Virus record (IMG/VR): IMGVR_UViG_3300029288_000060
Location: 1 to 64,000 of that record
Length of the DNA stretch: 64,000 bases
Strand: one strand, 5' to 3'
Origin: a virus
Lineage: Duplodnaviria > Caudoviricetes
Below are positions 35,039 through 45,119 of this stretch, piece by piece (position 1 is the stretch's first letter; each line of letters starts with the position of its first letter). Made by a program: the position numbers and the translations under genes. The notes beneath the pieces were generated by a model, which did no database searches, was not told the origin of the DNA, and was given only the letters and a program-made list of their open reading frames with translations.

Positions 35039-35548
35039 TTATAATTTCAGTTCAGCACTTTTGTTTTTAAAATATATTTCAGTTTCTTCATTTACTTTAT
35101 CTCTTATATTATAATATTGACTATTTGACTCAGTAGTCATATCTTGAAATTTGTCATATAAGGAATCAATTAAAATATTTCTATAATCTTCGCTTAAATT
35201 TTTTGCTTCAATTTTACCATCTTCATACCATTCTAATATTTCCTGTACATCATTTAAAATATGTAATAATTCGTTTATTATTTTATTATTACAAAAATTA
35301 TTACTATAAAAATATATCAAATCCTCTAATGAACATGAATATTTATTATCATGCCATTGAGTAAAGCCCCCATTATAAACTTGGTTATCTAAGTCATCAA
35401 ATATTACTGCATATAAATAAATCAATCCTAATTCATCTTCCACCAAGTTTAAAAAAGAATAATATTTTAAGTTAGATTCTTTTTCCCATAGTTTATAAGC
35501 TACTTCTCTTAATTGTTTACGAAATTTGAAGCCTTCATTTTCTTGCAC
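35039..35548 (-). CDS. DMP19/DUF4375-like acidic protein
   Basis: QVYNGGFTQW motif; acidic; GTG start with SD GGAGG. Confidence 0.55.
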   Translation of the reverse strand: MQENEGFKFRKQLREVAYKLWEKESNLKYYSFLNLVEDELGLIYLYAVIFDDLDNQVYNGGFTQWHDNKYSCSLEDLIYFYSNNFCNNKIINELLHILNDVQEILEWYEDGKIEAKNLSEDYRNILIDSLYDKFQDMTTESNSQYYNIRDKVNEETEIYFKNKSAELKL

Positions 35549-35675
35549 TATAAAACCTCCATAACATTATTTTCTATAATTTAATATATGTAGTGGAAGT
35601 ATTAATATCTAATTTGTTTCCATCTAATATTGATAAAAACTTAGAACAAAAAATAAAGATATGTAAAGGTGTTAA

Positions 35676-36608
35676 ATGATTAAATGTAAAATATGCCAAA
35701 AAGAATTTGATTCATTAAATTCGTTAGGACAGCATTTAGCACATCCAAAAATTAAAAAAAGCCATAATATAAAAGGAACTAAAGATTATTATGATTTGTT
35801 TTTAAAAAAAGATCAAAATGAGGGTATTTGTAAAATTGAGGGGTGCAACAACAATACAACATACATAAACTTAATAGTTGGATACCTAAAATATTGCTCT
35901 CATAAATGCTATAACCTTGATCCAGAAATTAAAAACATAAGATCTGAGAGTAATAGAAATAGAAAAGTAACAAAAGAAACAAGGTTAAAAATGAGTAGAA
36001 CAAGAATTAAATTATGGAGAGTTCCTAACTCACAATATAAAATGTTGGACCCAGAATTACAAAAAATAAAAGGACAAAAAGTTAAAAATCTTTGGAAGTT
36101 AAGAGATATAGATATGTTTAGTTCATACGGCATGATTTGGTCTATAAAAACAAGTATAAATATGAAAAGAGCCTGGGCCGACCCAAATAGTTTTTGGAGA
36201 AGTAAAGAATTTATAGATAAAGTTACACCAGGAAGAAGAAAGCATATGTTAGATGGTGGGGCGGCATATTGTAATTCATTTATCCAAAATCCATCAAAAC
36301 CTCAAGTAGAATTATATAATCGAATTAAAGAAATATACCCTGCTGCAATTTTAAATTATCCTTGTTATGAATTAAATTATAGTTTGGATATTGCAATTCC
36401 AGAATTAAAATTATGGTTTGAATCAGATGGATCTTATTGGCACAAAGATAAAAAAGAACAAGATTCAAAAAGACAAAAAGAAATTGAAGATTTTTTAGGT
36501 TGGGATTGTATTAGATATATAATAGATTCTATAGGTCAAGTTCCTTGTTTAAAAACAATAAAAGAAGATATAAAAAGTATTAAAACGGAGATTAAAATAA
36601 ATGGCTAA
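35676..36608 (+). CDS. Putative homing endonuclease (zinc finger, NUMOD3-like, Vsr/DUF559-like), paralog of 19330 ORF
   Basis: CKICQKEF..H, LKKDQNEGICK, ETRLKMS, NPSKPQVEL...DIAIP...ESDGSYWH. Confidence 0.8.
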   Translation: MIKCKICQKEFDSLNSLGQHLAHPKIKKSHNIKGTKDYYDLFLKKDQNEGICKIEGCNNNTTYINLIVGYLKYCSHKCYNLDPEIKNIRSESNRNRKVTKETRLKMSRTRIKLWRVPNSQYKMLDPELQKIKGQKVKNLWKLRDIDMFSSYGMIWSIKTSINMKRAWADPNSFWRSKEFIDKVTPGRRKHMLDGGAAYCNSFIQNPSKPQVELYNRIKEIYPAAILNYPCYELNYSLDIAIPELKLWFESDGSYWHKDKKEQDSKRQKEIEDFLGWDCIRYIIDSIGQVPCLKTIKEDIKSIKTEIKING

Positions 36609-39600
36609 TATTTATCCATTAACAACAACAACTGTAAGCCCATTTGCCGAATATAACAGCAATATTGTAAATCGACTCACGAGAATGGTTACCCTTGGAG
36701 AGAATTGTATTAAAGGGACACATTCATGTGAGGTAGAGATAGATACAACTTCGCCCACAACCTGTTTAACTATTTCTGAAGGCACTTTCTTTAAAGATGA
36801 TTGTATTCATTCAATTGATGCCGAGTTTAGCGTTGATATGTCTGAAGAAGACTTCTATGCTGATCCATCTGGTGGTTATTGGAATGAGGCAGGGTATTAT
36901 TTAATTGCTGCAGATTATACTTATACGAAATCAAAACCCGCACCAAGAGTTTCAATTAAAATTTTTAAACCAACACAATATGCTTTATTAAATACTGGGT
37001 ATTTATTCTTAAAAGCAGTTCTTGTTGCATTTAATGGCGTTGGTTTTGAAATTGTTTCTGTTCATGATTATTTACCAACTAATCCATTAGTTAGAAGAAC
37101 TTATGCAAAAATGTATATTGATTGTGAAGATACTCTTCCTACTTTTGTAACTTCTAGAGATGAAGGCAGAATTATATACACAAGAGATAATGAAGGTATT
37201 TATTTTGGTCAGTCTGGAAGATGGGAAGCAGTTCAAGCAATTAGAGATGAAATTGATACAATAGCATGTACAGTTGGTCAATTAGCTTATTTAGGTTTAG
37301 ATGGTGCAGTTTATCCTGCAATTGCAAATTCAAACGCAACCTTAGCATCTTGTGTAGTTTTACAAGTTGGATATAGATCTGATGGATCAGGTCAGGTCAG
37401 ACTTTATGGTGTTGCTGACAATGTTCCAGTCGAACCTGGAATAACTGTGGTTACTGGAGATGGATGTTATTTATCTTCGAATACACCTGGATGTATTACA
37501 AATCAAATTCCTGCCAATTTTACTCAATATGTTGGTAGGTCTATCACAGATTCCACAGGAACAGATACCGTAACCTTATGGTTCCAACCTGGGTCCGGAG
37601 GTATGTCATCTGGTTCTTCCCTATATGATTATTATCAAGATTTATTAATTACTTCTATTTTCTTAAGAATGTCAATGGATGCTTTTATTAACTCAGATTA
37701 CATAGATTTGGTTAATACCACAGCAGCACTAGACACAGTCAATTATGAAATTGATGGTGAAAATGGAGAAGTATTTCAATCTTTAAATTTGACAGATGTA
37801 AGTTCTGTTGGATATGATGGTACATGTATAACCGCATGTATGGTTTGCGCTCAAGGAACAGTTCAATCAGTCCAAAATTGGTATATAAGTAATAATGGTG
37901 CAGACGCAACCCCAGATTGGGAACAAGTTAGTTTAAATCAAATTCATTATTTCTCAACTGATTATGTAATGGTTACAGGACCATCATCTGGTTCTGGGTT
38001 GACCATTGGAGAATTAGTGGAAGGAGGAACTTCTGGTTTTAGTGGAACTGTAATAATGGATTATTCCACAGATGGAACTCCTCATTTATTAATTTATGAT
38101 ATAACTGGAGCTGGATCATTTACAGTCGGAGAAACTTTAACAGGTTTAAGTTCAGGTGAAACTGTTGTGGTTGCGGCTGGTTCATATAAAAGAGATATAA
38201 ATTATGAAGATTTAAGAGTTAAATGTGAGTTTACAGGAACAGGAACAATTGAAGATTATGGTGTTTTATATGAAATAAACTCGGCAATCGTTGAAACTAT
38301 TCCAGAAAATGCAAGAAATATCGATACACTATACGCAGATTTATATACAATTCCAAGTCAAGACAATGATGGATTAGCAAATTTAACCACCCCAATAGAA
38401 ACATGTAAAACAAATTTACAAATATTTGTTGGTTCTTCTGGAGATTTAGACGCAACTCCATCATATAATAGTCCAGATGGTGGTTACCCATTAATTGTTA
38501 CTCAAGGAAATAGTTTAGAATCTGCAGCTAAACAATTAGATTTACAAGCTTATCAATCATATCTAGATTCTATATATGTTCCTTTACTTAATTCTTCATA
38601 TATGGAAAGATGTTCATATGACGGGTTTGTTGACAATTCACAAATTGATTTAGTATCTTCAGACGCAACTTATAATTCCACGACTCACGCGGTTGATGGA
38701 ACAGCAGGTCAAATACTTATTTCTGATGATATGTATGATACCAGTGCATCATTACCTTATGTTGATGCAACACAAATAAGCGCAGAAGTTAATTTAACAG
38801 CTCCACATACAGCAAATGATTATATTTGGTATTTATCAAATGATGGGGTTAATTATGAAGCCACAGATATAAATACCGTACATTATTTTTCAACTGTACA
38901 ATTACCTGTAGACACAACAGGTGTATTCACGATTGGAGAAATTGTTCTTGGGTTAACATCTGGAACTTTTGGAACTTTTAATGGAATAGCAGCAGACTCA
39001 GTTTCTATTTTATTAAGTGAAGTTGGAGGTTCAGGAACATTTACAGTTGGGGAATATGTTGAAGGACAAAGTTCTGGAGCAATTGCAGACGTTACAGGAG
39101 CTCAAACAAATAGAACTGGAGCTGCATATCAACATTTATACATGATGTGTTTATTTGGAGTTAATGGTGGCCATATAAATAGTTATGGGCTATTATATGA
39201 TATAAATAATTCAATTATCACAACCATTCCACAAAACACAAATAATATATCTCAATTAGCAGCAGATCTATACACAATTCCTAGTTTAGATGATGATGGA
39301 CTTGCAAATCTTCCAGTCCCAATTGAAACATGCAAAAATAATTTAATATCATTTACAGGAAGTTCTGGAGACGCTGACGCTGCGCCAACTTATTCATCAA
39401 GCACAATCGTTACCCAAACTGGAGATTTAGAACAAGCAATTGGTGAATTAGACGTTTCAATTTCTACCACAACTTCAATAATTTCTACGTCAGATGGTGA
39501 CACAACTCCAACAGTTTTAAATGGATCTGGAAAACAAGCAGGAATCTTAGAAACTGTAAATAGCGGAGCTACATCAATCACAACTTTTGATAACGCAAAA

Positions 39601-39771
39601 TCTGGACAAAGAATAATTGTTCATTTTGATGATAATAATACCACATTGGTTAATGGGGCAACTCTTAAATTACAAGGTGGAATAAATTTTCATGCTGCAC
39701 AACATGATATAATAGAATTAATTTCCATAAGCAATGTATGGTATGAAATTGGAAGAAGTATTAATTCCTAA
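36601..39771 (+). CDS. Large virion structural (tail/baseplate-associated) protein with a long internal duplication
   Basis: Ser/Thr/Gly-rich; repeated YGxLYxIN...TIP...ADLYTIPS...DGLANL..PIETCK block. Confidence 0.7.
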   Translation: MANIYPLTTTTVSPFAEYNSNIVNRLTRMVTLGENCIKGTHSCEVEIDTTSPTTCLTISEGTFFKDDCIHSIDAEFSVDMSEEDFYADPSGGYWNEAGYYLIAADYTYTKSKPAPRVSIKIFKPTQYALLNTGYLFLKAVLVAFNGVGFEIVSVHDYLPTNPLVRRTYAKMYIDCEDTLPTFVTSRDEGRIIYTRDNEGIYFGQSGRWEAVQAIRDEIDTIACTVGQLAYLGLDGAVYPAIANSNATLASCVVLQVGYRSDGSGQVRLYGVADNVPVEPGITVVTGDGCYLSSNTPGCITNQIPANFTQYVGRSITDSTGTDTVTLWFQPGSGGMSSGSSLYDYYQDLLITSIFLRMSMDAFINSDYIDLVNTTAALDTVNYEIDGENGEVFQSLNLTDVSSVGYDGTCITACMVCAQGTVQSVQNWYISNNGADATPDWEQVSLNQIHYFSTDYVMVTGPSSGSGLTIGELVEGGTSGFSGTVIMDYSTDGTPHLLIYDITGAGSFTVGETLTGLSSGETVVVAAGSYKRDINYEDLRVKCEFTGTGTIEDYGVLYEINSAIVETIPENARNIDTLYADLYTIPSQDNDGLANLTTPIETCKTNLQIFVGSSGDLDATPSYNSPDGGYPLIVTQGNSLESAAKQLDLQAYQSYLDSIYVPLLNSSYMERCSYDGFVDNSQIDLVSSDATYNSTTHAVDGTAGQILISDDMYDTSASLPYVDATQISAEVNLTAPHTANDYIWYLSNDGVNYEATDINTVHYFSTVQLPVDTTGVFTIGEIVLGLTSGTFGTFNGIAADSVSILLSEVGGSGTFTVGEYVEGQSSGAIADVTGAQTNRTGAAYQHLYMMCLFGVNGGHINSYGLLYDINNSIITTIPQNTNNISQLAADLYTIPSLDDDGLANLPVPIETCKNNLISFTGSSGDADAAPTYSSSTIVTQTGDLEQAIGELDVSISTTTSIISTSDGDTTPTVLNGSGKQAGILETVNSGATSITTFDNAKSGQRIIVHFDDNNTTLVNGATLKLQGGINFHAAQHDIIELISISNVWYEIGRSINS

Positions 39772-39792
39772 TAGATAAGGAGAATTAAAAGA

Positions 39793-41451
39793 ATGTCCCA
39801 ACAAACAGCTCGTCAATCAATTGCAAATTATTATATAGATCCTTTAGCAAGTTCCACAGATCATGGAGATTCATCTGTAAATGGAACCATTGCGTGGGCG
39901 CTTTCTCAATTACCTGTGGGTGGAGGAATTATACAATTAGTACCTGGTGACTATAATTTATTGCAAAGATTAGATATTCCCCGTGATAATGTATCAATTA
40001 TAGGATGTGGAAAAACCTCCAGACTTATATTAGACCAATCTGTGACTGATGACTGTTTTATTGATGTTCAGACAAATTTAAATTTTACATTAAAAGATTT
40101 ACAAATATATGGATCTGGTGGATCTGCTTGTACATTACCAGCAATTATTGGAACATTTAATATTGGAGAATTTACAAATTTAAGAATTGATAATGTATAT
40201 TTTAATGAATTAACAGAAGGTGCAATTGACTTTACTAATTTAACTTTTTCAAATATTACTAATTGTAATTTTGAAAATATTGACTCAACTTCTGCAATTA
40301 TATTAACATCAAGTCTACATAATAATATTATTGATAATAATATCATTACGTATGAAGAAGGTATTTTATTAGATACTTGTCTAAATTGTAATGTAAGTAA
40401 TAATAACATTAAATTTATAGGAAACGGAGCTTTTGGTATTTCTATTCAAAATAATTCTATAGACAATAATGTTACTGATAATAACATTGATGGAAATTCA
40501 CATGATATTACTTTTGGAATGATTTATTGTGAAGGTGGAATTAGTTCAGTAAATTATAATAATTTCTCAAATAATACATTTAGAAATGTTGCTCCGGCAA
40601 CAGGAAATGGAATAACAATTTCCAATGGGATTGAAAATAATATAATTGGAAATATTTTTGATTCATTAACTGGTAATGGGGTTGAATTAGTTGGAACAAC
40701 TCATTATCATAATATAACAGGAAATAATTTTAATAGTTTAATTGGTATATCTATAAAATTGGATCAACTTTCTAATTTTAATAACATAATTGGAAATAAC
40801 ATATCTGGAGTTGCAACAATTGGTATTCAATTAGCAGCAACATCAACATATAATAATATTTCTGAAAATCATATTTCTGGAGCTTCAGGAAGTGGAGTTG
40901 AGTTAACAGCAACTTCAAATTATAATAAAATTACAAATAACGAAATATATACTTTAACAGATGGGATAAAAATAGATGGTAACTCAGATAATAATGTAAT
41001 TTCATTAAACTATATTGCATCAATGGGTGGATCAGGAATTTTAATTAATAATGCAAACTGTAATACAAACTCTGTATTTCAAAATAAATTTCTTTCATGC
41101 ACAACTGCAAATATAACCAACAGTGGAACTGACACTTTACAGGATATGCACTTTCTTTCCAGAGTTGCAGTTTCAGACGCAGATAGGAATACATCAGCTT
41201 TATCAAATGATTATTTAGTTGCGTTTACAGCTTTAACTGCACCAAGAGCATATACAATTTCATCAGAAGATGCCGCACAAACTGGGAGAGTATTTATAGT
41301 TAAAGATGAATCTGGGGATGCAGGAACTCACACAATTACAGTTTCAGTCGAAGCAGGAACTATTGATGGTGCAGCGTCAGTTCCTATAAATGGAGATTAT
41401 TCGAGTATAACATTATATGCAATAGGTGATGGAAATTTATCCATTATTTAA
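39793..41451 (+). CDS. Right-handed beta-helix (pectin lyase-like) tailspike-type protein
   Basis: GGIIQLVPGDY, tandem NNIxGNxF/I repeats; C-terminal VKDESGDAGTHTITV. Confidence 0.8.
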   Translation: MSQQTARQSIANYYIDPLASSTDHGDSSVNGTIAWALSQLPVGGGIIQLVPGDYNLLQRLDIPRDNVSIIGCGKTSRLILDQSVTDDCFIDVQTNLNFTLKDLQIYGSGGSACTLPAIIGTFNIGEFTNLRIDNVYFNELTEGAIDFTNLTFSNITNCNFENIDSTSAIILTSSLHNNIIDNNIITYEEGILLDTCLNCNVSNNNIKFIGNGAFGISIQNNSIDNNVTDNNIDGNSHDITFGMIYCEGGISSVNYNNFSNNTFRNVAPATGNGITISNGIENNIIGNIFDSLTGNGVELVGTTHYHNITGNNFNSLIGISIKLDQLSNFNNIIGNNISGVATIGIQLAATSTYNNISENHISGASGSGVELTATSNYNKITNNEIYTLTDGIKIDGNSDNNVISLNYIASMGGSGILINNANCNTNSVFQNKFLSCTTANITNSGTDTLQDMHFLSRVAVSDADRNTSALSNDYLVAFTALTAPRAYTISSEDAAQTGRVFIVKDESGDAGTHTITVSVEAGTIDGAASVPINGDYSSITLYAIGDGNLSII

Positions 41452-41474
41452 TTTTTTAAAAGGAGATTTCATAA

Positions 41475-43487
41475 ATGACAATTCAAAATAAAATTGATGT
41501 TGATCAATTGGGGTCAATAATAAATGTTAATGCCACAGATCATGGAGATGTAAATGAAGTTGGATCTATAGCATACGTTTGTGATTTGTGGAGTGGAATT
41601 GATAAAAGTATAGTTCTTGAAAGAGGTACTTATACAATTTCAACATCATTTGAAATACCTTCAAATATTAATTTAAGAATGAATAATGGAGCAATTTTAG
41701 ATATTGTAACTGGTGTAACGGTAACGATAAGTGGAACATTTGAAGCTGGATTATTTCAAGTATTTGATTGGACAGGAACTGGGAAAGTCATGGGTCTTAA
41801 CAGAATACATGTTGAATGGTTCGGTGCTAAAGGTGATTATGACTATGTAACACACACCGGTACAGATGACACAGCCGCATTTCAGAAAACTATTGATTCT
41901 GTAGGAGAAAATGGTGGTGGAGTTGTACTTGCTTATAGCAAGTATTTAATTTCAGAACTTGTTATTGATTGGAGACATGTCACAATTGAAGGCGGGTTGC
42001 CTTCTTTTGATTATACCGTTGATGGAGTTGCCACAGCGGATCCTGATTTAATGCCTCCATCTGCGCTTATATGTAATTCTGGTATTTACGCATTAATGAT
42101 TAAATATTCAGTATTCCCTCGTACAGGTCAAAATACCGGAATAAGAAATATAGCAATTATATGTGATGTTAGTCCATCTGTTGAATATGGAATTGTTATT
42201 TGTTCTGGAATGAGTGTTATGATTGATGTTCTTGTAAGTTCATTCGATTATAATATTACTACTTTTTCACAAAATTCTAATGTTTATGACAGAGTAGCTA
42301 TTTATAATGCTCAAAAAATAGGTTTTGTATGTTCACCAATAGGAGTTGCGCTTGATATTCCAACATATCAACACCCTAATATTGTGGCTTCTTTAGGGAC
42401 TATTATGTCATCAACTATATTTACAATTAAAAATTCTCTTATTAGAGGTAATAAATTTGGAATTGTGTTAATGAATGGTGATACCGCAGAAATCAAAAAT
42501 ACGGTAATAGAAGCTAATTCTATGTCCGGTTTATTAATATACAAGAAGACTGACTATGCGGCGGATAATATTCATTTTCAAAATGTATGGTTTGAACAAA
42601 ATTATGCTGGTTTTATTATAACATACCCTGCAAATTCCTACTCAGTAACTGGAATAACTCCATTAAAGTCATCTAGCACAGAATATTTAAAGGGATCTGT
42701 AACAGGTGAATGGACAAATGATTATGTATTACATTATGATGTTGGTTCTCAAATTTGGATAGGATCAGAATTAGAATCTCATGGAGCTGGTGATATACAT
42801 CAGTCTCCTACAAATATAACTTTTAACAATTGTAAATGGGGTGGGGCTGGGAATAAAGATAAACTTTTATATGGCAGATCCATGGAAAATTGCAACTTTA
42901 TCGACATCGATGTTTCTAATGGTGATAAAGATTTGTTATTTTATTTATCTGAATATTCTAGAGATACTTTAGTAAAAAATATGAGATTTTCCGGTGCTTC
43001 AGCATTACTTTTTGAAGCAACTTATATGACTACTGGCATAACCGCAGGAGGAACAAGAGGTATATATTCATATGATAAAACAGGAGAATGGACTCCAGTT
43101 CTTGAAGGAAGTGTAACGCCAGGATCACAAACATATACTCTTCAAAAAGGTTTTTACACAAGAATAAATAATATTATTTTTATTACTGGATCAATAACAT
43201 TATCTAACTTGGATGTCACAACATCTGGAGATATGAAAATTACTGGATTGCCAGGCGTTTGTACTTGGGTACTTGGTAATGTACCATCTATAAATGTTGG
43301 TTATACTAAGGATATTACTTTGAATATAGCAGGAGGATTTTATTCTTTATCTGGTATTATAGTACCCAATACTTCTGAGATTTTATTACATGAGGTTGGA
43401 AATAATGTTCAATCTGTTCCAATTACTCATGCAGATTTAGGTAATGATACAACATTATATTTTAGTGGTTTTTATATGGTTAATTAA
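41475..43487 (+). CDS. Tailspike / receptor-binding protein (beta-helix)
   Basis: EAGLFQVF, VEWFGAKGD...DDTAAFQ; C-terminal GEWTP...GFYTRI. Confidence 0.8.
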   Translation: MTIQNKIDVDQLGSIINVNATDHGDVNEVGSIAYVCDLWSGIDKSIVLERGTYTISTSFEIPSNINLRMNNGAILDIVTGVTVTISGTFEAGLFQVFDWTGTGKVMGLNRIHVEWFGAKGDYDYVTHTGTDDTAAFQKTIDSVGENGGGVVLAYSKYLISELVIDWRHVTIEGGLPSFDYTVDGVATADPDLMPPSALICNSGIYALMIKYSVFPRTGQNTGIRNIAIICDVSPSVEYGIVICSGMSVMIDVLVSSFDYNITTFSQNSNVYDRVAIYNAQKIGFVCSPIGVALDIPTYQHPNIVASLGTIMSSTIFTIKNSLIRGNKFGIVLMNGDTAEIKNTVIEANSMSGLLIYKKTDYAADNIHFQNVWFEQNYAGFIITYPANSYSVTGITPLKSSSTEYLKGSVTGEWTNDYVLHYDVGSQIWIGSELESHGAGDIHQSPTNITFNNCKWGGAGNKDKLLYGRSMENCNFIDIDVSNGDKDLLFYLSEYSRDTLVKNMRFSGASALLFEATYMTTGITAGGTRGIYSYDKTGEWTPVLEGSVTPGSQTYTLQKGFYTRINNIIFITGSITLSNLDVTTSGDMKITGLPGVCTWVLGNVPSINVGYTKDITLNIAGGFYSLSGIIVPNTSEILLHEVGNNVQSVPITHADLGNDTTLYFSGFYMVN

Positions 43488-43522
43488 TTAATTAATATAT
43501 TTTTATTATTAAAAGGAAAATT

Positions 43523-45097
43523 ATGTCACATAACTATAAAAAGAATGAATTAACAACTGGATTTACTCTTAAAGGTGGGTCAACCGAAAAAGTTTTAATC
43601 ATAGATGAAGACATAACAATATCTAATTGTTATTCATCTTTGAATAATTCGAATATAAATAATAGTATTCACCAAACAGAGTTAACTTCTGGAACTGTAA
43701 GTTTGACAGTTGCAGATAATGTAAACATAAATCCAGCATTAAGTAATTTTTCATTATCTTGTTGGGCAAAATTACCTAGTTGGTCAGTTGAAACATTGTT
43801 TTTTAGTAAATATCAAGATGCTACAAATTATTGGTATTTTGGTATAGGAGGGGCAGGAAAAATAACATATACACATGCAAAAACAGCTGGAACTACGGTA
43901 TCGTTAACAGCGTCAGCGGCCTTAACTTTAACTGGAGATACTTGGCATCATATTGTTGGGGTAATAACAAGAGAATCAGCTTCCGTGGCTGGAAGTTTAG
44001 ATATTTATGTTGATGGAAAATTATTTGAATCATTAACAATTCCTATTGGAACTCCAGCAGATATTACAAATACAGCAAATTTAAGAATTTTGGGACATGC
44101 AACTCAAAGATATGAAGGAGATGTTTCTAACGCTTTAATATATAATCGAGCATTAACCTCAGATGAAGTTTTTTCTCTGTATCAAAATGGAATTGATTTT
44201 ATTGATATGTGGGGGAATCAAAATGAACTTATTACTACTGATGATGATAGAACTTTTGCATCAGATACAGGTCATTGGATAAAGTCTGGTGGTACAGTTA
44301 CTATTCCTGGTGATGGTTTAGCTCATTTTACAAATAGTCCAAACTCATCTTTTATGTATCTTGCCAGCTTGATTAACCTTAGAAAAATGTACATAGTTAC
44401 ATACACTGTTAGTGGTTATACTCAAGGAGGAATAGCAGCAAAAATTGGAAATACTTTTGGAGCAACAAGATCATTAGATGGAACATATATAGAAGTAATA
44501 ACAGAAAATGCATTAGGTACTGGTAATCCAGATAATTTTTCATTTCAAACTATCGGGTTAACTACATGTAATATTGATAATGTCTCTGTAAAACAAGTTG
44601 GAGCAATTCTTGCTTTAGAACCAGAAGGGATTCAATTAGATAAATGGTATGACAGTTCAAGCAATGGGTTAAGAGCAAGTTATTCAACGACTGCTGCAGG
44701 AGCATGCATAAATAAACTTCCAAATCCTTGTCAAAAACAATTAACCCCAACTGCAAAAACCACAAGCGCAACATTAACAATTGCAGAAATATTAACTGGA
44801 TTTTTAACAGGAACTCATACAGTCGGGGCAACTCAAACATATACATTACCAACTGGAACATTAAGTGAAGCAGGAGGAATATTTGGAATTAATTCATATT
44901 TTGATTGGATATTAATTAATTTATCTGCAGCTGCAGCAGACACAATTACAGTTGCTGCTGGAGCCGATCATACTGTGGTTGGAAATATGGTTGTTCAAAG
45001 TGCTCATGCAACCACAGGTGCCTTATATGGAAATTCAGCAATTTTTAGGACTATGAAAACTGCTTTAAATACATTTGTAACATATAGAATTTGTTAA
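43523..45097 (+). CDS. LamG/concanavalin-like domain virion protein (paralog 1)
   Basis: WHHIVGV, IYVDG, IYNRALTSDEV; shared N- and C-terminal blocks with 47646 and 52929. Confidence 0.75.
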   Translation: MSHNYKKNELTTGFTLKGGSTEKVLIIDEDITISNCYSSLNNSNINNSIHQTELTSGTVSLTVADNVNINPALSNFSLSCWAKLPSWSVETLFFSKYQDATNYWYFGIGGAGKITYTHAKTAGTTVSLTASAALTLTGDTWHHIVGVITRESASVAGSLDIYVDGKLFESLTIPIGTPADITNTANLRILGHATQRYEGDVSNALIYNRALTSDEVFSLYQNGIDFIDMWGNQNELITTDDDRTFASDTGHWIKSGGTVTIPGDGLAHFTNSPNSSFMYLASLINLRKMYIVTYTVSGYTQGGIAAKIGNTFGATRSLDGTYIEVITENALGTGNPDNFSFQTIGLTTCNIDNVSVKQVGAILALEPEGIQLDKWYDSSSNGLRASYSTTAAGACINKLPNPCQKQLTPTAKTTSATLTIAEILTGFLTGTHTVGATQTYTLPTGTLSEAGGIFGINSYFDWILINLSAAAADTITVAAGADHTVVGNMVVQSAHATTGALYGNSAIFRTMKTALNTFVTYRIC

Positions 45098-45119
45098 TTT
45101 ATAGGAGAGGAGATAAAAA

